Shown: piece after piece, positions 30,684 to 44,420 of the stretch
Layout: every line of letters starts with the position of its first letter
How positions within the stretch are numbered: the first letter of the stretch is position 1
Assembly: GCF_009914755.1 (NCBI RefSeq)
Contig: NC_060936.1
Direction: 5' to 3' (one strand)
DNA from: the human T2T-CHM13v2.0 reference genome, Homo sapiens
DNA length: 64,000 nucleotides
Position numbers and translations under genes: made by a program
Notes under the pieces: generated by a model
The model's input: the letters and a program-made list of their open reading frames with translations, nothing else
What the model was told of the DNA's origin: nothing
Databases searched by the model: none

Positions 30684-32691
30684 TTATATGCTTTGAATTT
30701 GTGTCCCTGCCTAAATCTCATGTGCAACTATAATCCTCATTGTTGGAGGATGGATGTGGTAGGAGGTGATTGGATCAAGGGAATGGATTTCCCCCTTGCT
30801 GTTTTCATGATTGTGAGTGAGTTTTCACAAGATCTGGTTGTTTAAATGTTTGTAGCACCTCCACCTTCTCTCTCTTTCTCTTGATCCTGCTACATAAAAT
30901 ATGCCTGCTTCCCCTTCACCTTCCGCCATGACTGTGATGGAAATGGTGGACGATCAGCAGAGGATGCCATCTCACTGGCTGCAGCAGGGAGGTGTGGCTG
31001 GGACCACGTGCTCCATGGAGCTGGTGGGAGCCCTGCCCTCCCGGGCACAGTTGCTGCTGCCCAAACCATGGCTGCATACTCAAGCCTCCTGCTCCATGGA
31101 GCAGGTGGTAGCCCTGTGACCGCCCCCCCATCCCCCTTGCTCTGTGCAGCTGCAGCAATCCAAACCGTGGCTACAGGCCCAGGCATCCCTGCCCTCTTGG
31201 GGGCCCAGGAAGGCCCCTTGACCTCTCAGGCTCAGAAGTGCCTGCTCCCACTGCCTGGCTTCTCCTTGCTGTTGGTGTGTGCTCCAATCTTGTGGCAAGG
31301 TCGAGGCTGCACCCAGGCACTGTCATAGCCCAACTGGGTGTGAACATGCTCAGGGCAGTGCTGACATGCAAGCCCCCTGCTGCTTTGGTCCCCTCTGGAT
31401 ATTGGGTTCTGACAAGCATGAGAGAGAAGCCAAGGGGTTGCTGAGAGCAGCTTGGCATCGGCCTGAGGATGCCCCTTGGCAAGAACAGCCTAGGCACCAT
31501 GAAGAGAAGGCAGAGAGGCTCCTGGGTGGAAGGGGGCAGGTCTCTGGTGAGGCTCAACCTTCAGGCCAGGGAGGGCCTGAAGTCTGGGGGCTGGGCTGCC
31601 AGTCCCATGGACAGGAGTGGGAACTTGTGGTGCCTTTTCTGGGCCTGCCCATGGACCAACTGGTGTGTACTTCCTCCTCTCTGAGGCCCATAAAAGTCCT
31701 GGGCTCAGCCATAGCTGAGTAGATATTGGGATGACCAGCTACAGAGGGGCTACCTGCTCCAGGGCCTCCTCTCTGCTGAGTGCTGGGAAGATGACAAGAT
31801 AACCTACTTGCTAACAGGAGCTTCCCACTCCAGGGTCTCTTCTCTGCTAGGAGCTGAACACTCACTGGGACATCCTGGTTGTGGAAAAGAGCTGCCCCCT
31901 GCAGGAGATTGAGCTGTTCTATTGCTCAATAAAGCTCCTCTTCATCTTTCTCACCCTCCACCTGTCTGTGTACCTCATTCTTCCTGGTGACAGGACAACT
32001 TGGGACCCCTCTTATGGTGGGGCTAAAGGAGCTGTAATACAAACAGGGCTGAAACATGCCCCTTGCTAGCCACGTTGCAGATGAAGGAAAGCACTGTGGC
32101 CCTTTGGGGAGCCCAGACCTGGTAGTTCCCTAAGCCAGAGCTGAGGCTCCTTCTTTGGGGTCCTGCAGTTCCTGGTGTCTCCAAGCTTCCAGGTGCCACT
32201 GCATTCCCTGTTGCCAGCTGCCGGAGCTGCATGCTGTTTACCTGGTCCAGCCACAGCCTCACAGAGAGCTGGCATCCATGCTGCCACCTGGAGCTGTCAA
32301 CCCCATGGCAGCAGGTGGCATGTCTGACTGCACAGTGGCTGGACCCCACACTCACTGTCACACCCCTTGCCACTCTACACCTGACTCCAGTCTTCCTTGG
32401 AGGCATGAGATCAGGAACGGTAGCATGAGCTGAGCACAGCCTGCCAGGCTGAGTTGGCAGAATGAGCCCAGTGGGCCTGATCAAAACTCAGGCAAAGGTG
32501 CCACTGACCACAGGTTTCCGGCAAGAAAAGCAACACCCCAAGGATCCTGCAACAATTGTAAGCTTCCTGAGGCCTCCTCAGCCATGCTTCCTGTATAGCC
32601 TGTGGAAATGTGGGCCAATTAAACCTCTTTTCTTTATAAATTACTCAGTTTCGGGTACTTCTTTATAGCAGTGTGAGAATGGACTAAGACA
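30684..32691 (+). mobile_element. MSTA solo LTR split into 30684-30934 and 32555-32691
   Basis: ccccttcaccttccgccatgactg | attgtaagcttcctgaggcctcc are contiguous parts of the MSTA consensus. Confidence 0.9.
30935..32554 (+). mobile_element. GC-rich ERV1-class solo LTR (MER52A-like), 1620 bp
   Basis: TG...CA ends, 4-bp TSD actg / attg, TATA-like cccataaaa near 31690, and AATAAA at 31928-31933. Confidence 0.85.
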
Positions 32692-33719
32692 GGATCCATG
32701 TTTCAGACTTACATGAGTGATATTTCTTAGTAGTTGAGGTTGATTAGAGAAGAAATCCTCAATTGTTTCCCATGTCATTCAGTAGGTAAACATGAGGTTC
32801 TTGTGGCATGATGCTGTCCTATTCTAGTCAATGTGGACTTTGATGGACTTTGATGTATGGTGTTAAAACCATTTCTGCAGATTCCTGCTTTCAGATGGCC
32901 AAGGGATGAAGGAAAATGGTGTGGCAAAAGTTGCTTTACCTTACATTTCTTCAAGTACTTATTTATCTAGTACCAGCATTCCCAACAAAATAACCCAGTA
33001 GTTTCATTGTGGCACCTTACAGATAGACACTTTTATCAAAGAAAATATGACTGCAATATTTTTGACTATCCATCTTGGTGAAATAAGGAGGAAAAAATTG
33101 AACAACTATGTCAGTGAGAACCACCAATAAGCAAAATTATCCCTTGAAAAGGCTATAATGCTCAGTCATGAGACTTTGAGGTCAGAGTTACATTAAACAT
33201 TTGCTCAATTTGATCACTTTCCCATATGTACTCAGGCAGAATAGTTTCAGGAAATGACAATAAAGTATTTCTCCAAGGTATTTTACTTAAAATATATTCA
33301 AGATGACAAGAATTGTACAGCACTCTCACTGACAATTACTAGCATACAGATGATTCCTTATGAAAAGGTAATAGACTTTAAGTATACTATAACTACTTTT
33401 AAAACTGCTAGCACCTCATGAGAAAACTTTGAAGAGTTTATTCAGAAAATTCTGTTTGGCTTATATTCTATTGCTCTTCTTTTTCTTTTTATTGATAGAG
33501 ACAACGATGTAATTATGAATTATTCCAAAGGTTTCATACATATTTTGTAACTGTGTCTTCTTACTCTGTAACTATCAAATTTTCTCAATTCTATACAATC
33601 ATAGAATTAAGTTTCTTTCCTTACCTCCTATTGCAATCACTTTCTCCATAACAATGGAAATTCAATAATATCTTGTGTTATATTTTTATAATTTCACTTA
33701 CAGTTATGTTCTTTTATGT

Positions 33720-33845
33720 GCTTTCTTTATAGAATATTTTTCTTATGACTGTCAATATCTGTCCAAGCAGAAATTATATAGATCATCAATAGCTAACAAA
33801 GTATCTGACACATAGTTGGTGCTTCTTAATAAATGTTTGTGGATA
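33720..33845 (+). mobile_element. L2 3' end relic
   Basis: gtatctgacacatagttggtgcttcttaataaatgtttgtgga. Confidence 0.55.
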
Positions 33846-34834
33846 TAATTGCTTTGGATTATATTTTGAATAGTCTTTATCTGTAACATTCTCATAATGA
33901 GATTTGTATTGACCCTTATTTCCCACTTCTCACCCTTTAAATTTTATTTTTATAGGAGTTGAATATTTGGGCATTGCTATTCCATCACTGTTATGGATGA
34001 TTCTTTCCCTGGATAATGTTTAAGAGCTTAGACATTGTTGTTCCTTTCTCAACAAATAACATAGTGTTTCTTTGAAGGCATTGTGGCATAGGTCCTGGGC
34101 AATTTTCCAAGCCACTTGGCTAAATATTTTTAAGTTTTTCATCTATAAAAAATGTCATATAGTAAACATAATAACTAATGTTATGCAATCACTAGAATCA
34201 ACTTAACCATCTTCTTAACCCCCACCATCTTTATTATGTTTCATTTTACTGAAGAAAGGAAAACAACCTTTAGCAAATATTCTCAGATTTTGGTCATAGA
34301 CATAGCTTGTCATGAAAACCAAGTAAAGGGACTGATGTTTCTTTTTCACACTCTGCCTGATTTCCATTGGACCTATAACTAATTTCTTTTATGACTTGGG
34401 CATGTGGACCAGTTCTATTTTCATGGATTCATTAAGTTGTCAAAAGCTAAGGGCAATGACTTGACAAATCATCTTCAGGAGAAGGTGAGTTTAAGAAACA
34501 TATTTGCTTTCATAGCTTCACAGTTAAAATAAAGAAAGAGAAATGCATAGTTTATGGCCTGTTGTCGTGGTAAATGAGTTTTTGAAAGCTATTATTCAAA
34601 CTGCACTTTTTTCTGTATGGCACAGATTTAAATACTGCGACCCAATTCTCTCATATTTCTAATTTCAACTCTCTGGGCATAGTAGTTGCAAGCACCATGT
34701 TCTAATATACAACTACTCACTCTACCTACACAGTGTCAAACATTTAATCTTATCTTTGGAATAAATTAGACTCTAAAATATCTGCCACCTGTCTTTTAGA
34801 GTTTCAGGTTCTTGAAGATTACATAATTACAAAA

Positions 34835-34970
34835 TTGTTTATTTATTTGTGCAAACTTTCTTGAGCCCCTTCTGTGTCTAAAGCACTTTACTCAAGGTAA
34901 GGAACATTAAAATAAAGATGCAGCTTCACCTAACAGCTCTCAAAGAACACGTATCCTCATAGGAGAGCCC
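34835..34970 (-). mobile_element. L2 3' end relic
   Basis: tttatttatttgtgcaaactttcttgagccccttctgtgtctaaagcactttact. Confidence 0.5.
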
Positions 34971-35789
34971 ACTTGTGTAGTGGATACAATAATAACAAAA
35001 ATTTGTACAATAGCAATTATTTTATTATATGTGTGTGTATGTCCTCATGAACTCAGCTAGAGGAACTTTAATTTTATTTGTTTAAATGTGGTTATAGTGA
35101 AACCCCATTCTACCAACATGGTGGCAACTTTGTGGCAGTTTGGCCTGGTTTGGGCTGGGACTTCCTCCTCCTTTTCCGGAATTCAACTCTGTTCTGGGAG
35201 GGCTTGTGTAGTGGCAGAGTCATAATGATGAGGAGTGGGAGGCTCTTTAATCGTCATGTATCTCTGCTTGAGAAAAGCTGCAATGTATACCTTTAAAACA
35301 ACTATTCCAGCCAACAATAATAGATCACATATGGAAACTGCTCATAATCTTCTCATCTGAAGTAGTCACTTTCTAATTTTCCTGCTTTGAGAAAGGCATC
35401 TTCTCACCCATGAGCATGTAATACTAAGTGATGTAGATGTTACCAATTTACATTTGACCATATTATGCTCAAAACTACCTATCTATTCTGAGTTAAATAC
35501 TGGAGACTTGCATCTAGAATAATCATTATTAGTAGTAGTAATAGTAATAATGGAAGTCAAAGTCATGAAAAATTAGGTCATATTGTTGAATCCCATTCAC
35601 TCAGTGGGTGCTTTGCCCCCATTGTCTCTATGTTAATACGTCAAGTTTCCTGTTATCTCTAGAGAGAATGTTGCCAACACTGCTTTCTAACCTTGAGGGA
35701 TTAGCACATTTTGCTGCACTCCTGTCTACTCACCCCTCACATTTTGAATTAATAATTTATTAATAAGCCTTCTTGACTTATTCAAGTCC

Positions 35790-35960
35790 AAAATAAGTCC
35801 CTCTATTGCTCTATCTGTACTTTTACATATAGAACATGTATTTTGGATTACAATTCTCTGTCATCCCAACTAGATAGTAAATTCTTGGAAGGGACACACT
35901 TTATCATTTGTTATGTTTTATTTACTTCTTCTTACCAAATTCTTGACACGTAGCCTGGGA
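35790..35960 (+). mobile_element. L2 3' region relic
   Basis: ctgtcatcccaactagatagtaaattcttggaagggacac. Confidence 0.55.
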
Positions 35961-36661
35961 TAATGGAAATGACAGTGTAGACATATTTTTTCACTTCCAA
36001 AGACAGGTATACCTTTTTCTATCAATTACAGGTAAAATTTTAATAAAATTTAGTTGTCATCAGTATTATATGGAGCTAATGAATGAGTCACACATAGGGT
36101 CCCTATGACCATTTGAAGGACCTAGTTCAACTGATCCACGCTATGACCTGGTCACATGTGAAAAATAGACTGCTCAAAGTAAATCTCAAAGATTCACTTT
36201 TATCAGCTGAAAGAGAACTGATACATATGTTACTGAGCAAGAGGATTTGGAAGCTCAGCAGCAATGCAAGTGAAACTGCAGCTGCCTGCCCAAACACCAT
36301 TACAAATCACACATAAGCTACCCAAGGATGTCAGCCTCCTGACTGTATCAGGTCATGAGAGCTGTCACAACAAGGGCTCCCTAAGCAAGCAAGCACCAAT
36401 GTACGGAGATTAAATGCTGTGCTTAGGAGGACTGCCCATCCCTTTCCCTCAGTCATGTTAAGGTCCACCTCCTTCTCCATAGGAACATCTTCTGCAGCTG
36501 ACAGTATCTGTGACTTTTTTTTTAAAATAAATTATATCCACATATCTTTAAAATTGGACCAACTTTCAGGTAGCGTCTGAAATATGTTAGGTCAACTCAA
36601 GGGCCTGAAAACAGGTCTTATTTTACACAATGCCACTCAAAGTTCTGAAATTTATCTTTGA

Positions 36662-36996
<335 letters not shown>

Positions 36997-37284
36997 CCTT
37001 CAGTTCCCTTCTGTCCACATAGTTCTATAGAGCATTCTGCGATAAAAGTGGTCATAGGCCTCAGAAGTACCTGTCTCAATTTTTCCTCCTCCTCCTTGCC
37101 CTACCTAAGTATTAGCTTTCCTCTGAAAACTATAATTTCTTTATGATCTTATATAGGGATGTTATTCATTTTTTCACATATTAGAATGAGAAGGTTAATG
37201 GACTCAAGTACAATGCAGTTTCCAGATGATTTTTCAATGTACTTCTTTTTAAAACAAAGATATACACAAAACTGGTTTGATATT

Positions 37285-37622
37285 TGTCTTAGTCAGCTTG
37301 GGCTATGATAATAACATACCATAGGCTGGGTAGTTTAAACAACAGACATTATTTCTCACAGTTCTGGAGGCTGGAAAGCCAAGGTCAAGGTATGGTCAGG
37401 TTCAGTTCTTCGTGAGGGTCCTGTTCCTGGCTTGCAGATGGCCAGCTTCTCCCTGTATCTTCATGTGGTAAAGAGAGGAAGCTCTGGTGTCTCTTTCTCT
37501 TGTAAGGACACTAATCCCATCATGGGGGCTTTATCCTCTTGACCTAATCACTCCCCAAAACCCCATTTACTAGGGCTTCAACACACAAATTTTGGAGGGA
37601 CATAGACGCTCAATGCATAACA
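37285..37622 (-). mobile_element. MLT1A0-like solo LTR
   Basis: tgtcttagtcagcttgggct...atttctcacagttctggaggctgg...cataaca; perfect 5-bp TSD atatt. Confidence 0.92.
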
Positions 37623-38199
37623 ATATTCATGCTCCTTTTACTAGATCTCATGCTTGCTGGTACCTACCCACTTTCTGGATTCTCCACTTAAAGGCAGTTG
37701 GTCTACTGGAACCATCTTTCTCTTCACCTAAGGACTTTTGTCATTATCTCATATGATTCTGATATCATGATCAGAAGCCTGATATAAATGACTTGATCAT
37801 AGCTGTCATTTTAAATTTCAAAACACTGAAATTTTACTGCTAGTTAGCTCTCTGAAGAAAATGGCATCTAATGATTAGCAATGTCCAGCTGCCGTATCTT
37901 TTTAAATAACCTAGAAGTGAAACCATTGCTGTTCACTTAGAATCCAAAGTCCTATGGTGAAAAGTTATTCCTTTAAAGAGAATGTGTTAGCACCTGCATG
38001 GTGTCAGCATTTCAAAATGGAAACGTATCTGGTTTTATTACTTTGTAGGTTAGAATATTAAGAACAACTTCCAACAAACTAAATATTTTTATGTACTTCA
38101 TCTTCAGATGATCCAAGATACCTTGTTGGCAATAGGTCCATTATCACCTCCTGCTTAAAACATTTAGATTTTACCAAGGTAGATATATATAATATATAA

Positions 38200-38570
38200 C
38201 AAATTGATAGAAATAAATACTAAAGAGAGAAAGGGAGATAGGACATATCAAGGGTAGGGGAAAGTTGAAGTTGTAGATAGGTTGGCCAGGAAAGGTTTCA
38301 CTGAGAAGATATATTTTGGCAAAAACCTAAAGGAAATGAGAGTTCACCATGTAGATATCTGGTGGAAAAGCATTCTAGGCAAAGGCACATCCAGAGGAAA
38401 TCCCAGAGGCGTGAGGAAGTCAGGATGTTGAGGAGTGTCTGGCGGGGGGCAGTGTGGGGAGTGAGATGGACTAGGAGGAGATGAGGCCAGACAATAACAG
38501 CAGGCCAGATCATATGAGGTCTTTCAGGTTATGGTTAAGAAACTGGCTTTTTATTTTCTGAAAGTTAATA
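38200..38570 (-). mobile_element. L2a fragment
   Basis: ggccaggaaaggtttcactgagaag...gatatctggtggaaaagcattctaggcaaagg. Confidence 0.75.
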
Positions 38571-38977
38571 AGAAATTAAAGGCAACAGTGGTAGTTCACA
38601 TATTTAGGGATTAGAGCCTCAACTCGAGTGACAAGAATGGAACAGAAAAGAAAGGCAGAGAGGCAAGAGTGATTAACTGAGAGTGCATATCCCTATTTCT
38701 ATGCAGGTCTCCACTAAGGTTAACATGAATTTCTTATACTTTGGCCTCATGTCTTTCAGTAGAATAACCAATAGTCAAGGAAGGCTTCGGTCCTACACCT
38801 TGGTCATCTTTGCTGCTGTGTGTATGCTGGACTGACGGCACACCTGACAGTGTCATGCTGTGTTATGGTTGGAATTGCCTGTAAAGTGCTGTAATAAAAT
38901 TCATTCAACGTTCTTTAAAAAATAGGCTTTCCATGTATCATGGCTAACTGAAAACTAAATGAGCAGGGCTAGTCTTT

Positions 38978-39416
<439 letters not shown>

Positions 39417-39460
39417 TGAGCAGTGCTAGTCTTTAATAATTATTTATTGCAAAACAAACA

Positions 39461-39484
39461 TGCGCGCACACACACACACACACA
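39461..39484. repeat. (GC)n(AC)n microsatellite
   Basis: Seen directly in the sequence. Confidence 0.9.
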
Positions 39485-41966
39485 GTTATTTAATTATTTA
39501 ACCATACTAAGAACTCTATTAAAAATCTAGACCACAAATTTGTTTTCACAAATGAAAACACCTTTTTAGTCATGTCTATTTTCATGATTGATTTAACAGT
39601 TTTGGACATCAGGCAAGAGTTCTAATATTTTGTATAAAAAGATAAAATATTAAAGTTTTGAGCAAGGATATCATGTTTTAAAAGGAGTGAGGATAAACCC
39701 AAGTGTTCAGATTTATAATCTTGTCAGGAGGATCTTCAATGATCTAATCTGATTCTAAGTGTTACATATGCAAATAAAAATAAAAGAATTAATATGATAA
39801 ATATTTTTCCTCTTATTGGGTGTCTTCAGTTATTCTTATTTGAATTAAGTTGTTAGTTGTGATGTCTACGGATTCCAAATTACTGTCTTACTAGGATGTA
39901 TATTCTTAGGCTCTTTCTCTCTCTTTCCTTCCTTTCTTCCTTTCCTCCCCCCTCTTCCCTTTCCTCTCTCTCTCTGGATATCTGTTTGTTTTGTATAAAC
40001 ATATTTACACATGTATATATGCACATATATGAATTTTCTACTTAAAATGTTCTTAATAATTTAGTTTGCAACATTATGTTGATACATTTTGTTTCCTCCT
40101 CTATATTTTTTTTAGTACTACAGGATCTATACTTAGATACCAAAAGTTGGAATAGCTGTCTGAGGATAAACATTATATTAAATCAGCCCTACATATTTAA
40201 ATAAATATAGAATCTAAAATAAGATTTGGAAAAATAAACAAAAAACAAACACACAAAACACTAAGCACTGAAGATTTGACTTAACAAAATAGCTCAAGAT
40301 AATAAAATAGTGTATTTTATTGAACACATTATCACCTCAAATTACGTAGTATTGAGCACCTCCCCCAAGTTTTGGTGGTGTTAGCTTTAAACTAAATTAA
40401 TCTAACCTTTAAAAATTATATAATTAGTGTTTCATTTATATTAGCTATAATGATAAATTACACATGCATGATTCCAGCTGTCTTTTGAGCTTATACTATA
40501 AAATGGGAACAATGCATTTACTATGTCATCAAATAAATGAATATAGAATTATACTTAAGGTAATTTTTGTGAGGAAATGGTGTATGATACGGTGAAAACA
40601 GAAGAAAGGGGTATATTTGAGAGGAAAACCGATGCCTCTACTTTGCAGTCAAACACACACAGATTGTATTTGAGGTGCTTTGAGAGGATTCACACAGAAT
40701 TATTTATAGTTATGCAAACACATACATATCAGAATATAAGGAGAGACTGAGAAAATATCACAGGAAATGGGTTCTATCAATGTGATCAGCCTCTTACTAT
40801 GTCTGGGGATCTTGGTGTATATTGTATATCTACTTATTTATAATGTTCATAATACTCTTATATTTGTAAAATTACATACATATTTATATATTGAGTATAT
40901 ATGTTAGATATAATTCTATTATGATTAATAGAATTTTAAGGGAAAGACAAAATACAAAATATATTAATATATTTAGTAAGAGAAATATACATGCTATATT
41001 CTGGTTAATTCAAACTCTCAAATGTTCAAACTCATAATAAGTTGTAAAAAAGACAACTGATATACATTATTATCAGTTTGAGAAACTAAAATATTCTCAG
41101 TCATCTTAAAATAATTATGCTAAATGATACTGTAACCTTTATGTTCAGAATCAGCGAAGTCTTCGGATAATATTTTGAAAGTTTTTTAATAGCAAGTGTT
41201 AAAACTAAACAAATTTTCTTTAAAAAATGAGATTATTCCAAATAATCTAAATGTCTAATTACCAGGCCATCCCCTTCTATATATTTAAGAATTTAGTTTT
41301 CTTACTTGATTTACCTTAATTTCAAAATTGACATTAGTAATTTTCTATGTCTACATAGACCTCTTAATCTCTTTTAGTAGCCATTATGCTAGTATTTATT
41401 TATCGAGTACTTCTCTGCCCTGAAGTTTAACCATGGGATATTTTATTATAGGATAATTTTTTTTAAATTAGTTTGAATTAGTGAAATGTTTGAAACAATG
41501 CTTGTTCTTTGATTCAGGGATAAGATAATACTATATGTGGATTAATAATTTTTTGTTGTTACCTGCTACTTTAATATGCTACTTCCTTTAAATTAGAAGA
41601 TAATATCTTTACTGAACAAATAATTGATGGAAAGTATTTTAGAAGAAGTATATTATTTTTGGAAGATGATATTTAAAATAAGAAAAATAACAAAACCAAG
41701 AAAACATTATCAAAATAGAGGAGAAAACATATACTAAAATAACAAAGCTAACTCTTCTTGGCAGTATTCTTATTTGAGGTATACTAAATTTGTACTTTTG
41801 ACATGATTTTCACATATCCAAATTCAGCCTTGAATATTTTTATTTAAGAATCTGATGCATTTATTTTAGCAAATTATGTGGGCTTCAAAACAAAAATTAG
41901 CATGACATAATTATTTGTATGTCTACTTATATACATTGTTTTCATCTGTTTCTAATCTCCCACTCC

Positions 41967-41970
<4 letters not shown>

Positions 41971-42012
<42 letters not shown>
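41971..42012. repeat. (CA)21 microsatellite
   Basis: Seen directly in the sequence. Confidence 0.97.
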
Positions 42013-42016
<4 letters not shown>

Positions 42017-42829
42017 CTGAAATGTTAGGAAACTTCTATCGAACAATAGGAAAATAAAGTTATGTACCTTCTAACATATTCAGGTTAAACATATTATTTA
42101 AAATAAGAAATAAAATTGTGTTTTCCAGAAAATTTAAAAAGCATCAATGTGAAAGCTTTGCAGAAAATTCCTCATGCAAAACAATAATGAAAAAAGAGTA
42201 AGTACTTGAATGACAATATAGAAAATAATTAAAACCAGAGAATTAATCTTCGTCTTCACACACACTGGCTGATGCTAACACAATTGCAGAAACCATGTAT
42301 TTAAAGCTACATTTTACAAAACCTCACTGGCACAAATCAATAGAAAGCTTTAGTGGCTAGAATGTGTGTAATAGTAACAAGTAGAAAGGTTAGTGTAGAA
42401 GTTAATGGTTCTATCAGGAATAAAACAGAGTTAAAATGTGAAGGAAAGGTCTACCACAAGTGGTTCATTAACCTTTTAGAACCCCAGTGTATCCTCTCTG
42501 TAAAGATTACAGCAAATCTGACTCAGACTCTACCAGCATTTGCTAATGCTCCATCTCAGCACAGAACTGTTTAGATTTCTTATGGTAGAATTATTTTCAT
42601 TACAATTGCACGTTACTGCTGAAATTAAAACAGCAGGACTAGACTCCAGAGGGTATCAGTAAGCACTCACCATGGAGTTATTTTGTTTTTGTTTTTTTCT
42701 TTCAAGGTCTCCTTTTATATCTGATTCAGCTTCAGACTGACCAAAAGTGCAAGGTCCAATATAGAATTATCTTGTGGTCACAGTCATGTTTTTCATGGGT
42801 AGCTGTACTTCTCTTAGAATTCTGTTAAT

Positions 42830-43190
42830 TTTCAGCTTGCTTTTTAACATTCATTGAGTGTTGAAAAGGGTGAGGAATTTTTCCGACCCTCCCTGAATCG
42901 CTGAGAAATATAAAATAATATTATTGTCTTTGTGCATAAAAATATATTCCATGACCTCTGAATCACTTGGCAAAACTGTTTTTGGAGAAGGGCGATAATT
43001 TGACTTGCACTGTAATAATTCAAAGTTACAATTATGGTAACAAAAGCCACAATTTGAACACATTGGCATTCGCAATGATTTAATGCCTTTCGGTGCGATT
43101 TATTCACAGTGTTGTCCCTTATCTTTCATAATCTCCGTTATTTTTTGACCTTAACAAAAGAATGAAAGGAAAATCGCATCCTTGCCTTCC
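42830..43190. promoter_or_regulatory. Candidate conserved non-coding element / developmental enhancer
   Basis: No recognisable repeat, AT-rich yet 8 CpGs in about 300 bp, and homeodomain and PBX-HOX-like sites. Inferred; conservation not checked. Confidence 0.45.
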
Positions 43191-43799
43191 CTTGTTACAG
43201 CATCCTTCCTGCTTCCTTCCTCCCTGCTCCTTCTTTCAAATCTTTCTTGCTTTTCTTTCAGCAAATTTCAGGGTAGAAGTTTAAATGAGCAGCTGCCACA
43301 GCAGGCACTGCCAATGTTCTCTGGCCAATCAACCAACAGGGGGTACTCTTGTACAGTATGCCTGGCTCCCCTTTGGAGACAGAACTAACCTCTGTGACAA
43401 ATTCAGAGTCCACCAGCTTGGAGCCCGAAATCCCAGACCATACATTCCTTCCAAATTTTCCAGTTGGTAATCTATCCTGCTGGGCTGATTTCTCTCAAAT
43501 TTCCATGTAATCCAAAAATAAAGTTATTTTTTATTTCTTCTTCTGTTTTTTTTTTTAAAGAGGGGCAAATTCAGTTCATAATTAGGGGAGGAGTAGTTTT
43601 TGGATTCCATCCCCTGCATGAAATCTGTTATAAATATGTCCTGCCAAAATCCTGCACTGTAATGTGCCAGTTTTGTAATAGGTTTAGTTCTCTGGTCTTT
43701 TTCTCTAAGTCCAAATTCTCTGTCATTTTAAAACATTTTGTCCTTGAAAACCTTTTTTTTTCTCACAATTTTTTAAAGATGATGTGGTATGCATGTTTT

Positions 43800-44420
43800 A
43801 AGCCATCCCATCTGTGACAGCTGAAGACAAAACCGTCAGCTTGAGTTTTGGCACAACTTGGGCCTCTGTCTTGTAATCTCATTTGTGCCTGTCCTAGAAC
43901 TGTTCTTATTAACCAGAATTCTTATCTCATAGCCACAGCCGAGGGCAGCACTGTGGCTCTTTGAGTACAATCAATGCACTGGCTAAAATGACGTCCAGAT
44001 CTTTGTTAGAGCAGACACCATCTTTGGAATCGACTGTGATGTTGAAAATTGTCGAACCCCTTAAGCTGTCTCATTTCTTTTGCTTGAATGATGGTCTGAA
44101 CTGGGCAACGTCAGAGAACAATGACTCTGGCTCTTTGAAATGTTGATTTGCATCTGTGCCATGATGTGATGAGCACATAAACTCTTTATATAGTTGGTCA
44201 ATGATAATAAGGCTTTCTACAAAGAACACCATATTTACCATTTAGTTGCCATCTCGCTTGCCAGAAAGCTTTGTCCATAAACAGAGCAGACTTCATGAAG
44301 CCCAGAGTTAAATAAGAACCTTGACATAGCTGAAGCCATATCAAATTTTTGTATTTTCATTGTTCTTATTTCACGTAATTTTAAACGCAGTACTTCATCG
44401 GATGTCAAGTCACTGGCACC
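43800..44420. promoter_or_regulatory. Candidate enhancer or CTCF-site module
   Basis: CTCF-like 43935-43949, CRE-like 43989-43996, SOX AACAAT 44117-44122, TCF/LEF CTTTGAA 44133-44139, octamer ATTTGCAT 44146-44153; about 10 CpGs. Confidence 0.35.

Noticed and set aside
30890-32668. Dense cluster of overlapping ORFs on both strands
   Set aside because: They lie inside a GC-rich solo LTR where stop codons are rare, and show no recognisable domains.
43961-44146. 61-aa ORF in the candidate conserved region
   Set aside because: TTG start, no strong flanking splice sites and no recognisable protein; a regulatory reading fits better.
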